32,000 nt of DNA from Bifidobacterium longum subsp. longum JCM 1217 (GCF_000196555.1 NC_015067.1:690001-722000); one strand, 5' to 3'; shown: positions 14,481 to 26,027, counted from the stretch's first letter. Notes: generated by a model not told the origin, from the letters alone. Translations and numbers: made by a program.

Positions 14481-15365
14481 GTGGCTATGCCCATCAACGC
14501 CCAGATTCTTGATAATCCGAAATCCGACCGCGTGCGCCGCATCGCCGATCTGACCCGCGCCAAAGGCCGCGAACGTTCGGGCCGTTTTCTTATCGAAGGC
14601 CCGCAATCCGTGCGCGAGGCCGTCACTTGGCGGCCGGACGTGGTGCAGGACCTGTATGTAGAGGTTTCGCAGGCGCTGGAACATCCGCGTATCATCTCCT
14701 CCACGTTGGAGAAGATCGTCGAAACCTCGCAGGATGCCACGATTTATGTGCACTACTGCACCGGCGACGTGATGCGCCGCATCAGTCCGGACGCCCAAGG
14801 CATCGCGGCCGTCGGCAATGCCGAGTCCATGCACGCCGGAGCCGATGACGTCGAACTTGGCAAGAACGGTCGGGCCCCGCAGATTGCCGCCTTCTGGCAG
14901 GTGCGCGACCCGGGCAACGCCGGCACCGTGATCCGTGCGGCCGATGCGGCCGGCTGCGACGCCGTAATCTTCGTGGACGACTGCGTGGACGTGCTGAACC
15001 CCAAGGTCATCCGCTCCACCGCAGGCTCCCTGTTCCATCTGCCGGTACTCGCCATGAGCACCGACGAATTCTTCACCTGGACAGGCGACCATAATATGGA
15101 CGTCTGGGCCGCCGACGTATACGGCACCGAAGAACGCAAGCCGGAAAGCCTGCCCGCAGTACTGGCGGACAAGGCGGCGGTCGAGGCTCCGAAAGCCGTG
15201 CTGTTCGGCAATGAGGCGCGTGGCTTGGAACCGGACATCCTCACGCGCTGCGGCCGCATCGTCTCCATCCCGCTTTATGGCAAGGCCGAATCGCTGAACC
15301 TCGGCACCTCGGCCGCGGTGATGCTGATGTCGCTATCTATGTCGGGTCATGTTGAAAGAATGTGA
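14481..15365 (+). CDS. TrmH/SpoU-family RNA 2'-O-methyltransferase (TsnR-like)
   Basis: N-terminal RFLIEGPQSVREA, SpoU motifs VRDPGNAGTVIRAADAAG, LFGNEARGL and IPLYGKAESLNLGTSAAV. The start is GTG 14481 or ATG 14487. This position upstream of pheST is conserved in actinobacteria. Confidence 0.9.
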   Translation: MAMPINAQILDNPKSDRVRRIADLTRAKGRERSGRFLIEGPQSVREAVTWRPDVVQDLYVEVSQALEHPRIISSTLEKIVETSQDATIYVHYCTGDVMRRISPDAQGIAAVGNAESMHAGADDVELGKNGRAPQIAAFWQVRDPGNAGTVIRAADAAGCDAVIFVDDCVDVLNPKVIRSTAGSLFHLPVLAMSTDEFFTWTGDHNMDVWAADVYGTEERKPESLPAVLADKAAVEAPKAVLFGNEARGLEPDILTRCGRIVSIPLYGKAESLNLGTSAAVMLMSLSMSGHVERM

Positions 15366-15418
15366 AACCGGTAAAAACGCTGTGAAACGCTGAGAAAACA
15401 TCAGACGAAAGGGTTCTC

Positions 15419-16486
15419 GTGGCAGAACAAATGGTGTTCGACGCCGACCAGGTGACCGCTGAGGTTGCCGAGGGCATCGAGAAAATCCAGAACGCCTCCA
15501 ACCTGGAGGAGCTCAAGGCCATCAAGACAACGTACGCAGGTGCCGATTCGGCGATGACCAAGGCCAGCAAGGCCATTGGCTCCCTGCCCGCCGACCAGAA
15601 GAAGGAAGCCGGCAAGCTCATGGGCAAGCTGCGCGCCGACTTCGGCCGCGCCTATGGTCCCAAGGAGGTCGAGCTCAAGGAAGCCGCCGAGAAGGCCGCG
15701 CTTGCCGCCGAAACCGTGGATATGACGCTGCCGGTGAGCCGTAAGCCTCTGGGCGCCCGTCACCCGCTGCCTAAGCTGATGGAGGACGTCGAGGACTTCT
15801 TCATCTCCATGGGCTGGCAGATCTCCTCCGGCCCGGAAATCGAAGCCGAATGGTACAACTTCGACTCCCTGAATTTCGGCCCGGACCATCCGGCCCGCCA
15901 GATGCAGGACACCTTCTACGTCAAGGGCAATCAAGCCAAGGACGCCGCCGGTTTCGTCGGCTCCAACATGGTGGTGCGTACGCAGACCTCCTCCGATCAG
16001 GTCCGTGCCCTCCTGACCCGTGGAGTGCCGCTGTACATCGCGTCCCCGGGCCGCGTGTTCCGCACCGATGAGCTGGACGCCACCCATACTCCGGTGTTCC
16101 ACCAGTGCGAAGCCCTCGCCGTCGACAAGCACCTGACCATGGCCGACCTGAAGGGCGTGCTGGACAAGCTCGCCGTCGCCATGTTCGGCCCTGAAGCCAA
16201 GACGCGCCTGCGCCCGAGCTACTTCCCGTTCACTGAGCCGAGCGCCGAACTCGACCTGTGGTTCCCCGACAAGAAGGGCGGCCCCGGCTGGCTCGAGTGG
16301 GGCGGCTGCGGCATGGTGAACCCGAACGTGTTGAAGTCCGCCGGCATCGACCCGGACGTCTACACCGGTTTCGCCTTCGGCGTCGGCATGGAGCGCACGC
16401 TCCTGCTGCGCAGCGACATCAACGACATGCACGACCTGGTCGAAGGTGACGTGCGTTTCGCCGAACAGTTTGTGATGGGGGAGTGA
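15419..16486 (+). CDS. pheS: phenylalanine--tRNA ligase alpha subunit
   Basis: Class II synthetase motifs (HPARQMQDTFY, FRTDELDATHTPVFHQCE, GFAFGVGMERT). GTG start with GAAAGGG upstream. Confidence 0.96.
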   Translation: MAEQMVFDADQVTAEVAEGIEKIQNASNLEELKAIKTTYAGADSAMTKASKAIGSLPADQKKEAGKLMGKLRADFGRAYGPKEVELKEAAEKAALAAETVDMTLPVSRKPLGARHPLPKLMEDVEDFFISMGWQISSGPEIEAEWYNFDSLNFGPDHPARQMQDTFYVKGNQAKDAAGFVGSNMVVRTQTSSDQVRALLTRGVPLYIASPGRVFRTDELDATHTPVFHQCEALAVDKHLTMADLKGVLDKLAVAMFGPEAKTRLRPSYFPFTEPSAELDLWFPDKKGGPGWLEWGGCGMVNPNVLKSAGIDPDVYTGFAFGVGMERTLLLRSDINDMHDLVEGDVRFAEQFVMGE

Positions 16487-16493
16487 TTCAGCC

Positions 16494-19103
16494 ATGCCTA
16501 TGATCGATATCGATTGGCTCAAGGACCATGTCGAGGTTCCCGAAGGCCTGACCTACGAACAGCTCGCCAAGGACCTTGTCAAGGTGGGTCTTGAGGAAGA
16601 GGAGATTCACTCCTCTCAGGTGACCGGCCCGATTGTGGTCGGCTACGTGGTCGACGCCACCCCCGAACCGCAGAAGAACGGCAAGACCATCAACTGGTGC
16701 CACGTGGACTGCGGCGACGAATGGAACGAGACCGACGAAGACGGCAACAAGGTGCCGCGCGGCATCATCTGCGGCGCGCCCAACATGAAGGCCGGCGAAA
16801 AGGTCGTCGTCACCCTGCCCGGTGCCGTGCTGCCCGGCGACTTCAAGATCGAACCGCGCAAGACCTACGGCCACATCTCCAACGGCATGTGTGCCTCCGA
16901 ACGTGAGCTGGGTCTGGGCGACAACCACAACGGCATCATCCTGCTGCGTCAGTACGGCTTCTCCGAGGCTGAATACGAGGCTCTGAAGCCTGGTCAGGAT
17001 GCCATGCACCTGCTGCACCTCGACCAGCCTCTGCTTGAGATCAACATCACCCCGGACCGTGGCTACACGCTGTCCTACCGTGGCGTGGCCCGCGAGTACC
17101 ACCACTCCACCGGTGCCGCCTACACCGATCCGGCCGTGGCACTCAACGAGAAGGCCCCGGAACCTGCTGACTACCAGCCCGGCACCCCGGTGGACATCGA
17201 TGTTGAAATCGACGATAACAATCCGATTCACGGCGTGCCCGGTTGCGACCGCTACTACGCGCGTATCGTCAAGGACTTCAATCCCAACGCCCACACGCCC
17301 AACTGGATGCGCCGCCGCCTGATTCGCGCCGGCATGCGCTCCATCTCCTTGGCCGTGGACGTGACCAACTACGTGATGCTTGACCTCGGCCAGCCGATGC
17401 ACGCCTACGACCTCGACAAGCTCGAAGGCCCGATTGTCGTGCGCCGCGCCAACGAGGGTGAGAAACTCACCACCCTGGACGGCAAGGAACATGACCTGAG
17501 CGTCGAAGATCTGCTTATCACCGATTCGCCGAACGGCGAACGCGGCTCGCGCATCCTCGGCCTTGCCGGTGTGATGGGCGGTCTGTATGGCGAAGTGACC
17601 GCCGACACCAAGAACATTCTTCTGGAGGCCGCGCACTTCGATCAGGTGACCATTGCCCGTTCGGCCCGTCGCCACAAGATTCCATCCGAGGCCTCCCGTC
17701 GCTTCGAACGTGGCGTCGACACCGCGCTGCAGCCTGCCGCCACCCAGATGGCCGCCGAGCTCATGGCCAAGTACGGCAACGGCGAGCCCAGCGAACACCC
17801 GAACGACGTGAACAACACGCCGCGCGCCAAGGCCATCCACTTCAAGGCCTCCGAAGTGGCCCGCGTAGCCGGCCTCGACGTGGACATCAACCGCATCTCC
17901 GACATCCTGACCGACATTGGCTGCACGGTGGCCGGTGGCGGCAACGGTGAGTTCGCCGTAACCGCGCCGAGCTGGCGTCCGGACTTGAACGAGCCGTGCG
18001 ACCTGGTCGAGGAGGTCGCCCGACTGGTCGGCTACGACCAGATTCCGATCACCGTGCCGCCGGCACCGGTCGAGGGTCTGGTGGGCCTGACCCCGGACCA
18101 GCAGCGTCGCCGTCGCGTGGCGGACGAGCTCGCCGAGTTCGGCATGGTCGAATCGCTGAGCTACCCGTTCGTGGGTGACGACGATTACAAGGCCTTCGGC
18201 TTCGACCCGGAAGCCACCAAGAAGGTCAGCGTCGAGATCGCCAACCCGCTCTACGGCGACCGTCCGTACTTGCGTCGCGAGATTCTGCCGACCCTGGCCA
18301 CCACCGTGCAGCGCAACATCCGCCGCGGCATCGAAAACGTGTCCCTGTACGAGCTCGGCCACGTCTACCTGTGGGATCCGAACGCGCCCGCCATCCCGGC
18401 ACTGCCCGGCGGCGTGCGCCCCACCGACGAACAGCTCGCCGCGCTTGACGCCGGTCTGCCCGAACAGCCCGACCATGTGGCCGGCATCCTGACCGGTCTG
18501 GCCGAGGACGACGGCTGGATGGGCGGCAAGCGCCCGGTCGACTGGTCCGACGCCGTCGAGGCCGTGCGCCGCATCGCCGGCCGTATCGGTGCCGCAATCG
18601 AACTCGACCAGCCCGCCGCTGACGATGTGCCCGTCCAATGGCACCCCGGCCGCGCCGCCCGCGTCATGGTGGGCGACGTCTTCACCGGCTGGGTTGGTGA
18701 ACTGCATCCGCGCGTCAACGAGGCGCTCGGCTTCCCGGCCCATTCCGCGGCCTTCGAGCTGAACCTCACCGCGCTGTTCGCCACGCTGACCGGCAAGCCC
18801 GTCCAGGCCAAGCCGATCTCCACGTTCCCGCCGGTCAAGCAGGATTTGGCCTTCACCGTGGACGAGACCGTGACCGCAGGCCAGCTTGAGAACGTGATTC
18901 GCAAGGCCGCCGGCGCGAACCTCGAATCCATCGAACTGTTCGACGTGTTCACCGGCGAACAGGTGGGCGAGGGCAAGAAGTCCCTGGCCTATGCGGTGGT
19001 GTTCCGTTCGCCGAGCAAGACGCTGTCCGCCGAAGACAGCGACGCCATCCGCAAGGCCATCGTGGCTGAGGCCGCCGAAATCGGCGCCCAGCTGCGCGCC
19101 TGA
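16494..19103 (+). CDS. pheT: phenylalanine--tRNA ligase beta subunit
   Basis: 869 aa, starting 7 nt after pheS. It shows the tRNA-binding, B3/4, B5 and FDX-ACB domain order typical of PheT. Confidence 0.96.
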   Translation: MPMIDIDWLKDHVEVPEGLTYEQLAKDLVKVGLEEEEIHSSQVTGPIVVGYVVDATPEPQKNGKTINWCHVDCGDEWNETDEDGNKVPRGIICGAPNMKAGEKVVVTLPGAVLPGDFKIEPRKTYGHISNGMCASERELGLGDNHNGIILLRQYGFSEAEYEALKPGQDAMHLLHLDQPLLEINITPDRGYTLSYRGVAREYHHSTGAAYTDPAVALNEKAPEPADYQPGTPVDIDVEIDDNNPIHGVPGCDRYYARIVKDFNPNAHTPNWMRRRLIRAGMRSISLAVDVTNYVMLDLGQPMHAYDLDKLEGPIVVRRANEGEKLTTLDGKEHDLSVEDLLITDSPNGERGSRILGLAGVMGGLYGEVTADTKNILLEAAHFDQVTIARSARRHKIPSEASRRFERGVDTALQPAATQMAAELMAKYGNGEPSEHPNDVNNTPRAKAIHFKASEVARVAGLDVDINRISDILTDIGCTVAGGGNGEFAVTAPSWRPDLNEPCDLVEEVARLVGYDQIPITVPPAPVEGLVGLTPDQQRRRRVADELAEFGMVESLSYPFVGDDDYKAFGFDPEATKKVSVEIANPLYGDRPYLRREILPTLATTVQRNIRRGIENVSLYELGHVYLWDPNAPAIPALPGGVRPTDEQLAALDAGLPEQPDHVAGILTGLAEDDGWMGGKRPVDWSDAVEAVRRIAGRIGAAIELDQPAADDVPVQWHPGRAARVMVGDVFTGWVGELHPRVNEALGFPAHSAAFELNLTALFATLTGKPVQAKPISTFPPVKQDLAFTVDETVTAGQLENVIRKAAGANLESIELFDVFTGEQVGEGKKSLAYAVVFRSPSKTLSAEDSDAIRKAIVAEAAEIGAQLRA

Positions 19104-19133
19104 CCCAACCAATCATCCGAATCGAGGAGCGCC

Positions 19134-19820
19134 ATGAGCCAACCGGAGCAGGACAAGCCGAAATACGGGCAGTACCAGCAGCCTGAATATGGTGCTATGT
19201 CTGGCCAATACGGGCCGAATTACAACCCGTATATTTATGGCGCTCCCGAGCCGGATACTAAGAAGGATTCCGCCGCAGCCGCTGGCGATAACGGTGGCGC
19301 GGCACAATCTCAGCAGGCTGGCCAGCCGTATGGTCAGCAGCCGGCGTGGCCCGGCAATCAGCAGGCGGGCGGCTGGCCGTACGCTCAAGGCGGCCAACAG
19401 TCCGGTCCGGGCGCATATCCGGGCGGGTACCCGGGCATGCAGGGCCAGCCGTATGGTCAACAGCCGAACGGTCAGCCTCACCAGCCGCATTATTACCACG
19501 GCATCGACCTGAACGATCCAAACCAGAACCCACTCTACGGGCACTGGGATTCGTATGCGATCATCTCCTTTATCCTCGCCCTGTTCTTCCCGGTGCCAGT
19601 GCTCTCGGCACTGATGGGCGCGGTGGCAATGTGGCGCACGCGCACTTTCCATATGAAGGGCTTCGGTTTGGCCGTGGCCGCCGTGGTAATCAACGTGCTG
19701 TACACCATCGCCGTCATCTGGATGGCCTTCAATGGCTATGACGCCATGAGCCTTTACCAGGAAGCCCTCCAGCAACTGACCGGCGGCACCGGCTCCTCCT
19801 CCGACTCCATCTCCGCATAA
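19134..19820 (+). CDS. DUF4190-type membrane protein with Q/P/G/Y-rich low-complexity N-terminus
   Basis: RBS GAGGAG. The N-terminal ~120 aa are rich in Q, P, G and Y, with GQPYGQQP occurring twice. The C-terminal part has two TM helices (YAIISFILALFFPVPVLSALMGAVAMW, FGLAVAAVVINVLYTIAVIWMAF). Confidence 0.8.
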   Translation: MSQPEQDKPKYGQYQQPEYGAMSGQYGPNYNPYIYGAPEPDTKKDSAAAAGDNGGAAQSQQAGQPYGQQPAWPGNQQAGGWPYAQGGQQSGPGAYPGGYPGMQGQPYGQQPNGQPHQPHYYHGIDLNDPNQNPLYGHWDSYAIISFILALFFPVPVLSALMGAVAMWRTRTFHMKGFGLAVAAVVINVLYTIAVIWMAFNGYDAMSLYQEALQQLTGGTGSSSDSISA

Positions 19821-19847
19821 GTAGCGTTCACATACCAACACACCCAC

Positions 19848-19881
19848 TGCATAAATATGCAATAGTCTGCATAATCGCGTA
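19848..19881 (+). promoter_or_regulatory. paired ARG boxes (ArgR operator) upstream of argC
   Basis: TGCATAAATATGCA (19848-19861), a 6-nt spacer, then TGCATAATCGCGTA (19868-19881). The architecture matches 26028-26061. The -10-like hexamers CATAAT and TATACT overlap box 2. Confidence 0.7.
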
Positions 19882-19912
19882 TACTCATCCGAAGACACAT
19901 CAGTGAAAAGAG

Positions 19913-21013
19913 ATGAGTATGGCGAAATATACAGTGGCCGTGGCCGGTGCCACGGGCTATGCCGGCGGTGAAGCGCTGCGCATTCTGGCCGCGCACCCCG
20001 ACTTCGACATCACCTGCGTGGCAGGCCATTCCTCAGTGGGGGAGTCGATGGCCAAGCACATGCCGCATATTCCCCAACTGGCCAATCTGGTCGTTGAAGA
20101 TACCACGCCCGAAGTGCTGAACGGGCATGACGTTATCATCCTCGCACTGCCGCACGGTGCTTCGGGCAAGCTCGCCTCGCAGCTCGATCCGAATGCCGTG
20201 GTTGTGGATTTGGGCGCCGACCATCGCCTCGAAGAACAGGCCGCTTGGGATGAGTTCTACGGCGGCGATTTCTATGAGCATTGGACCTACGGCATGCCCG
20301 AGCTCATCACCGGCAAAGCTGCGGACGGCTCCTACACCCGCCAGCGTGCGGCGCTTCCTGGCACCAAGCGCATCGCAGGTCCTGGCTGCAACGTCACCGC
20401 CACCACGCTGGCCCTCCAGCCCGGCATCGCCGAAGGACTGGTTGAATCGCAGGATATCGTGGCCGATCTGGTCGTCGGATACTCGGGTGCCGGCAAGAAT
20501 CTCAAGCGCACCAACCTGCTTGCCGCCGAGGCCCTGCAATCCGCCCTGCCGTATTCGGTGGGCGGCAAGCACCGCCACATTCCCGAAATCCTGCAGAACT
20601 TCGCCCACGCGGCCGGCAAGAGCGCGGCCGAAGCCAGCGAATTCACGCTCGGCTTCACACCGATTCTCGCTCCCATGTCCCGAGGTATCCTCGCCACCGT
20701 GTCCGCCCGCATGACGGACAAGGCCAAGACACTGAGCGATGAGGAGATTCGCGCCGTATGGTCCAAGGCCTATGAAGGTCAGGACTTCATGGTGCTGCTG
20801 CCCGAGGGCACGCTGCCCGCCACCGGCAACATCATCGGATCCAACGCAGCCCACCTGCAGGTCGTCACCGACCGCAAGGCCGGCCGCATCTACGCTTTTG
20901 CCGCCATCGACAACCTCAACCGTGGTACCGCCGGACAAGCGGTCCAATCACTGAACATCGCACTAGGCCTGCCGGAAGACGCGGGCCTGACCAAGATCGG
21001 AGTAGCACCGTGA
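19913..21013 (+). CDS. argC: N-acetyl-gamma-glutamyl-phosphate reductase
   Basis: VAVAGATGYAGGE NAD-binding fold and the active-site Cys context GPGCNVTA. First gene of the argCJBDFRGH order. Confidence 0.95.
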   Translation: MSMAKYTVAVAGATGYAGGEALRILAAHPDFDITCVAGHSSVGESMAKHMPHIPQLANLVVEDTTPEVLNGHDVIILALPHGASGKLASQLDPNAVVVDLGADHRLEEQAAWDEFYGGDFYEHWTYGMPELITGKAADGSYTRQRAALPGTKRIAGPGCNVTATTLALQPGIAEGLVESQDIVADLVVGYSGAGKNLKRTNLLAAEALQSALPYSVGGKHRHIPEILQNFAHAAGKSAAEASEFTLGFTPILAPMSRGILATVSARMTDKAKTLSDEEIRAVWSKAYEGQDFMVLLPEGTLPATGNIIGSNAAHLQVVTDRKAGRIYAFAAIDNLNRGTAGQAVQSLNIALGLPEDAGLTKIGVAP

Positions 21014-22185
21014 GCGTTACATTTGCACAAGGTTTCTCCGCCGCCGGCGTGGCGGCTGGTATTTCATCCGTCGAAGGCAAGAAGGACTTGGCCCTCGTGG
21101 TCAACAACGGCCCGCTCGACGCGGCTGCAGGCGTGTTCACCTCGAACCGTTTCTGTGCCGCCCCGGTGCAGTGGAGCCGTAAGGTCGTCGCCGACGGTCA
21201 CGTCAAGGCCGTGATTCTGAACTCCGGCGGTGCCAACGCCTGCACCGGCGAGGCCGGTTACGCCCAGTCCGTCGCCACCGCGGAAACGGTCGCCGGGCTC
21301 ATCGGCGCCGAACCGAATGATGTGGCTGTCTGCTCCACCGGTCTCATCGGTGAACTGCTGCCGTTGGACAACGTGCTGGCTGGTGCCAAGAGTGCCCATG
21401 AGGCTCTTGCCGCCACCGCCGAAGCCGGCACCGACGCCTCCCACGCCATCATGACCACCGACACCAAGCCGAAGACGGTCGAACTGACCGGCTCCAACGG
21501 CTGGAAGATCGGCGGCATGGTCAAGGGCTCGGGCATGATTGCCCCGCAGCTGGCCACCATGCTGTGCGTCATCACCACCGATGCGGTTGTCTCCGCCGGT
21601 CAGATGCAGGCCGCACTCGCTGTGGCTGCCGAACATTCGTTCAACCGCATCGACGTGGACGGCTGCATGTCCACCAACGACACGGTCCTGCTGCTCGCCT
21701 CCGGTGCCTCTGGCGTCGAACCGGACAAGGACGAATTCAACAAGCTGGTGCGTGAGGCCTGCGCATCCCTGTCCCGCCAGATCATCGGCGACGGCGAAGG
21801 TGCCTCCCACGACATCCGTATCACCGTCACCGGTGCCACCAGCGAAGACGCGGCACTTGCCTGTGGTCGTGCCGTCGCCGCCTCGAACCTGCTCAAGTGC
21901 GCCATCTCCGGCAACGATCCGAACTGGGGCCGCATCGTCAGCTCCCTGGGCACTGTGCCGCCTGAAGTCGCGCCTTACGATTCGAACAAGGTGACCGTGG
22001 ACGTCAACGGCGTGCGCATCTGCGAGAACGGCGGTGCCGGCCGCGACCGTAGCGAGGTCGACATGACCCCGCGCGAAGTCCACATTGACATCGACCTGAA
22101 CACCGGCTCGGACGCCGAGGCCACCGTCTGGACCGACGATCTCACCCACGAATACGTCCACATCAACGCCGACTACGAAAGCTGA
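21010..22185 (+). CDS. argJ: bifunctional ornithine acetyltransferase / N-acetylglutamate synthase
   Basis: GTG start overlaps the argC stop (GTGA). The autoprocessing site context is ATMLCVITTDA. 391 aa. Confidence 0.95.
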   Translation: MSVTFAQGFSAAGVAAGISSVEGKKDLALVVNNGPLDAAAGVFTSNRFCAAPVQWSRKVVADGHVKAVILNSGGANACTGEAGYAQSVATAETVAGLIGAEPNDVAVCSTGLIGELLPLDNVLAGAKSAHEALAATAEAGTDASHAIMTTDTKPKTVELTGSNGWKIGGMVKGSGMIAPQLATMLCVITTDAVVSAGQMQAALAVAAEHSFNRIDVDGCMSTNDTVLLLASGASGVEPDKDEFNKLVREACASLSRQIIGDGEGASHDIRITVTGATSEDAALACGRAVAASNLLKCAISGNDPNWGRIVSSLGTVPPEVAPYDSNKVTVDVNGVRICENGGAGRDRSEVDMTPREVHIDIDLNTGSDAEATVWTDDLTHEYVHINADYES

Positions 22186-22208
22186 CAAACAGCCCAGTGG
22201 GCTGTTTG
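22186..22208 (+). repeat. hairpin repeat CAAACAGCCC-AGT-GGGCTGTTTG immediately after the argJ stop
   Basis: 23/23 nt identical to 27381-27403 and related to 8938-8960. Followed by TAGCAG, with no real T-tract. Confidence 0.8.
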
Positions 22209-22256
22209 TAGCAGCCGGCAGCGATAGCGTCGCCGGCGTCGCAGAAAAGAGAAAAA

Positions 22257-23213
22257 TTGTCTACAGAATTGAAGGGACCTGGGTTCCATTTCGACGTGCA
22301 CACCGATTTGCGCGCCGATCAGAAGGCAGAAGTGCTTATTGAAGCGCTGCCATGGCTGGAGGAGTTCGCCGGCCAGCGTATCGTCGTCAAATACGGCGGC
22401 AATGCCATGGTCGATGACCATCTGAAGCAGTGCTTCGCCGAAGACATGGTCTTTCTGCGTCAGGTGGGTCTGCACCCGATCGTCGTGCACGGCGGCGGTC
22501 CGCAGATTTCCCACATGCTCAAGGCCCTCGGCATCAAATCCGAATTCAAAGGCGGCCTGAGGGTCACCACCCCCGAGGCCATGGATGTGGTGCGCATGGT
22601 TCTGACCGGCAAGGTGTCACGCGAACTGGTAGGCCTGATCAACGCGCACGGCCCGCTGGCCGTAGGCATGTCCGGTGAAGACGGCGGCCTGTTCTCGGCC
22701 ATGCAGCGCAGGCCCGTCATCGATGGCAAGCCCACCGATATCGGCCTGGTCGGCGACGTGGTTTCCGTCGATGCCTCGGCAGTCGAGGATCTGGTGGCTG
22801 CCGGTCGTATCCCGGTCGTCTCTTCCGTGGCTCCGAACGAAGAAGATGCCACTGAAGTGCTCAACGTGAACGCTGATTCCGCCGCCGCCGCTTTGGCTGC
22901 CGCTGTGGGCGCGCACAAGCTCGTTATCTTGACTGATGTGGATGGTCTGTACGCCGATTGGCCGGATAAGAATTCTCTGATTGGCCGGATCGGTGTGGAA
23001 AACCTGCGCGATATGCTGCCGGACCTGGAATCCGGTATGCGACCCAAGATGGAGGCCTGTGTCAGGGCCATCGACGGTGGCGTGCCCCAAGCCCATGTCA
23101 TCGACGGGCGCAAGCCGCATTCGATTTTGAACGAGATATTCACCTCCGCAGGCATCGGTACCATGGTTATGCCCGATGAAGGACTGGAAATGAGGAGCTC
23201 TTATGGCTACTGA
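22257..23213 (+). CDS. argB: acetylglutamate kinase
   Basis: [17 protein letters not shown] and other amino-acid-kinase motifs. The apparent start is TTG at 22257; there is no nearby in-frame ATG. Confidence 0.93.
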   Translation: MSTELKGPGFHFDVHTDLRADQKAEVLIEALPWLEEFAGQRIVVKYGGNAMVDDHLKQCFAEDMVFLRQVGLHPIVVHGGGPQISHMLKALGIKSEFKGGLRVTTPEAMDVVRMVLTGKVSRELVGLINAHGPLAVGMSGEDGGLFSAMQRRPVIDGKPTDIGLVGDVVSVDASAVEDLVAAGRIPVVSSVAPNEEDATEVLNVNADSAAAALAAAVGAHKLVILTDVDGLYADWPDKNSLIGRIGVENLRDMLPDLESGMRPKMEACVRAIDGGVPQAHVIDGRKPHSILNEIFTSAGIGTMVMPDEGLEMRSSYGY

Positions 23214-24498
23214 GCATGAGGAAAAACTAGGTACGGAAGACAGCAAGTGGCTGGGAGAGTACTCTCAGGTCCACATGAATGTGTTCGGTACGCCGTTGCG
23301 CGTCATGGATCACGGCCAAGGTGCCCACATCTGGGATGTTGACGGTAACGAATACCTCGATTTCCTGGCAGGCATCGCCGTCAATTCCCTCGGATACGCC
23401 CACCCCAAGTGGGTCAAGGCGGTTGCCGATCAGGCTGCCAAGGTGGCTCATATCAGCAACTATTTCGCGTCCGAGCCGCAAATTGAGCTGGCATCCAAAC
23501 TGGTCAAGCTGGCTGGTGCACCTGAAGGCTCCAAAGTCTACTTCGGCAACTCCGGTGCTGAAGGCAATGAAGCTGCCCTCAAGCTTGCCAAGCTGTATGG
23601 CCGCACCTTGCCTGGTGCCCTGCCTTCCATCGGCGGCAAGCCCGCACGCATTCTCGCAATGACTCACGGCTTCCATGGCCGTACGATGGGTGCGCTGTCC
23701 GCCACATGGAAACCCGGTATCCGCAAGCCGTATGATCCGCTGGTGCCGAACATTGAATTCGTACGCGCCGGCGACAAGGTCGCCCTGCACGACGCTTTTG
23801 CACAGACCGGTCTCGGCCGCTATGGCAAGGGTCCGGTGGCTGCTGTGATTCTGGAACTTATCCAGGGCGAAGCCGGCGTACAGCCGTTGGGCGCCGATTA
23901 CGTCAAGTTCGTGCACGAACTGTGCGATATCAACCACGCGCTGCTCATCATCGATGAAGTACAGACCGGTATCGGACGTACCGGCAAGTGGTTCGCATTC
24001 CAGCGTGACGATCTGTCCGGCGGCGTGACGCCGGATATGGTGACTTTCGCCAAGGGCGTGGCAGGCGGATTCCCGATGGGCGGCATGATCGCTTTCGGCG
24101 AGAAACTTGCGGCTCTGTTCACTCCTGGTTCCCACGGCTCCACCTTTGCCGGCAATCCGCTGGGTGCGGCTGCGGGACTCGCCACTCTTGGCGTGATTGA
24201 AGACGAGAATCTGGTGGCCAACGCCGAAGCTCGCGGCGAACAGCTGCGCGATGGCATTATGGCCACCGGTAATCCGCTGTTCGTTTCCGTACGCGGTCGT
24301 GGTTTGCTGGACGCCGTCGAGCTCAAGCATCCCTGCTCCCACGCGGTGATGAACTACTGCCTCGAACACGGGCTCATCGTCAACGCGGTGGCTCCCAATG
24401 CGCTGCGTTTCGCACCGCCGCTGATTATAACCGCACAAGACGTGGATCAGGCACTTGCCATCCTCAAGGATGTGCCTACGGACCTGCCCGACGACTGA
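23203..24498 (+). CDS. argD: acetylornithine aminotransferase
   Basis: RBS GAGGAG. Class-III aminotransferase motifs [28 protein letters not shown] and PLP-lysine context TFAKGVAGG. Overlaps the argB end by 11 nt. Confidence 0.95.
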   Translation: MATEHEEKLGTEDSKWLGEYSQVHMNVFGTPLRVMDHGQGAHIWDVDGNEYLDFLAGIAVNSLGYAHPKWVKAVADQAAKVAHISNYFASEPQIELASKLVKLAGAPEGSKVYFGNSGAEGNEAALKLAKLYGRTLPGALPSIGGKPARILAMTHGFHGRTMGALSATWKPGIRKPYDPLVPNIEFVRAGDKVALHDAFAQTGLGRYGKGPVAAVILELIQGEAGVQPLGADYVKFVHELCDINHALLIIDEVQTGIGRTGKWFAFQRDDLSGGVTPDMVTFAKGVAGGFPMGGMIAFGEKLAALFTPGSHGSTFAGNPLGAAAGLATLGVIEDENLVANAEARGEQLRDGIMATGNPLFVSVRGRGLLDAVELKHPCSHAVMNYCLEHGLIVNAVAPNALRFAPPLIITAQDVDQALAILKDVPTDLPDD

Positions 24499-24541
24499 TT
24501 TCTCTCCGTCACTGCCGCCCCACCGATCCAAGGAGATCATC

Positions 24542-26016
<1,475 letters not shown>

Positions 26017-26027
26017 CCAACACGCCG

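Noticed and set aside
13931-14740. A 269-aa minus-strand ORF contains the reiterated peptide SDTLKGTV.
   Set aside because: The reiteration is simply the 39-bp tandem DNA repeat read in antisense. The ORF bridges the ykoC 3' end, an intergenic region and the 5' end of the TrmH gene, so it is not a coherent gene.
15401-16522. A 373-aa minus-strand ORF lies antisense to pheS. Similar long antisense ORFs are at 19113..19898, 20033..20947, 21064..22188, 22460..23246, 23227..24624, 24509..25441 and 25943..27133.
   Set aside because: Each one overlaps a strongly supported sense gene (pheS, the DUF4190 gene, argC, argJ, argB, argD, argF, argG). None has family motifs or a credible translation start.
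16488-19112. An 874-aa minus-strand ORF mirrors pheT almost exactly.
   Set aside because: It lies antisense to a well-supported pheT. Its translation is low-complexity G/A/V/R/H/D-rich, with no motifs and no RBS. Stop-free antisense frames are an expected by-product of GC-biased codon usage.
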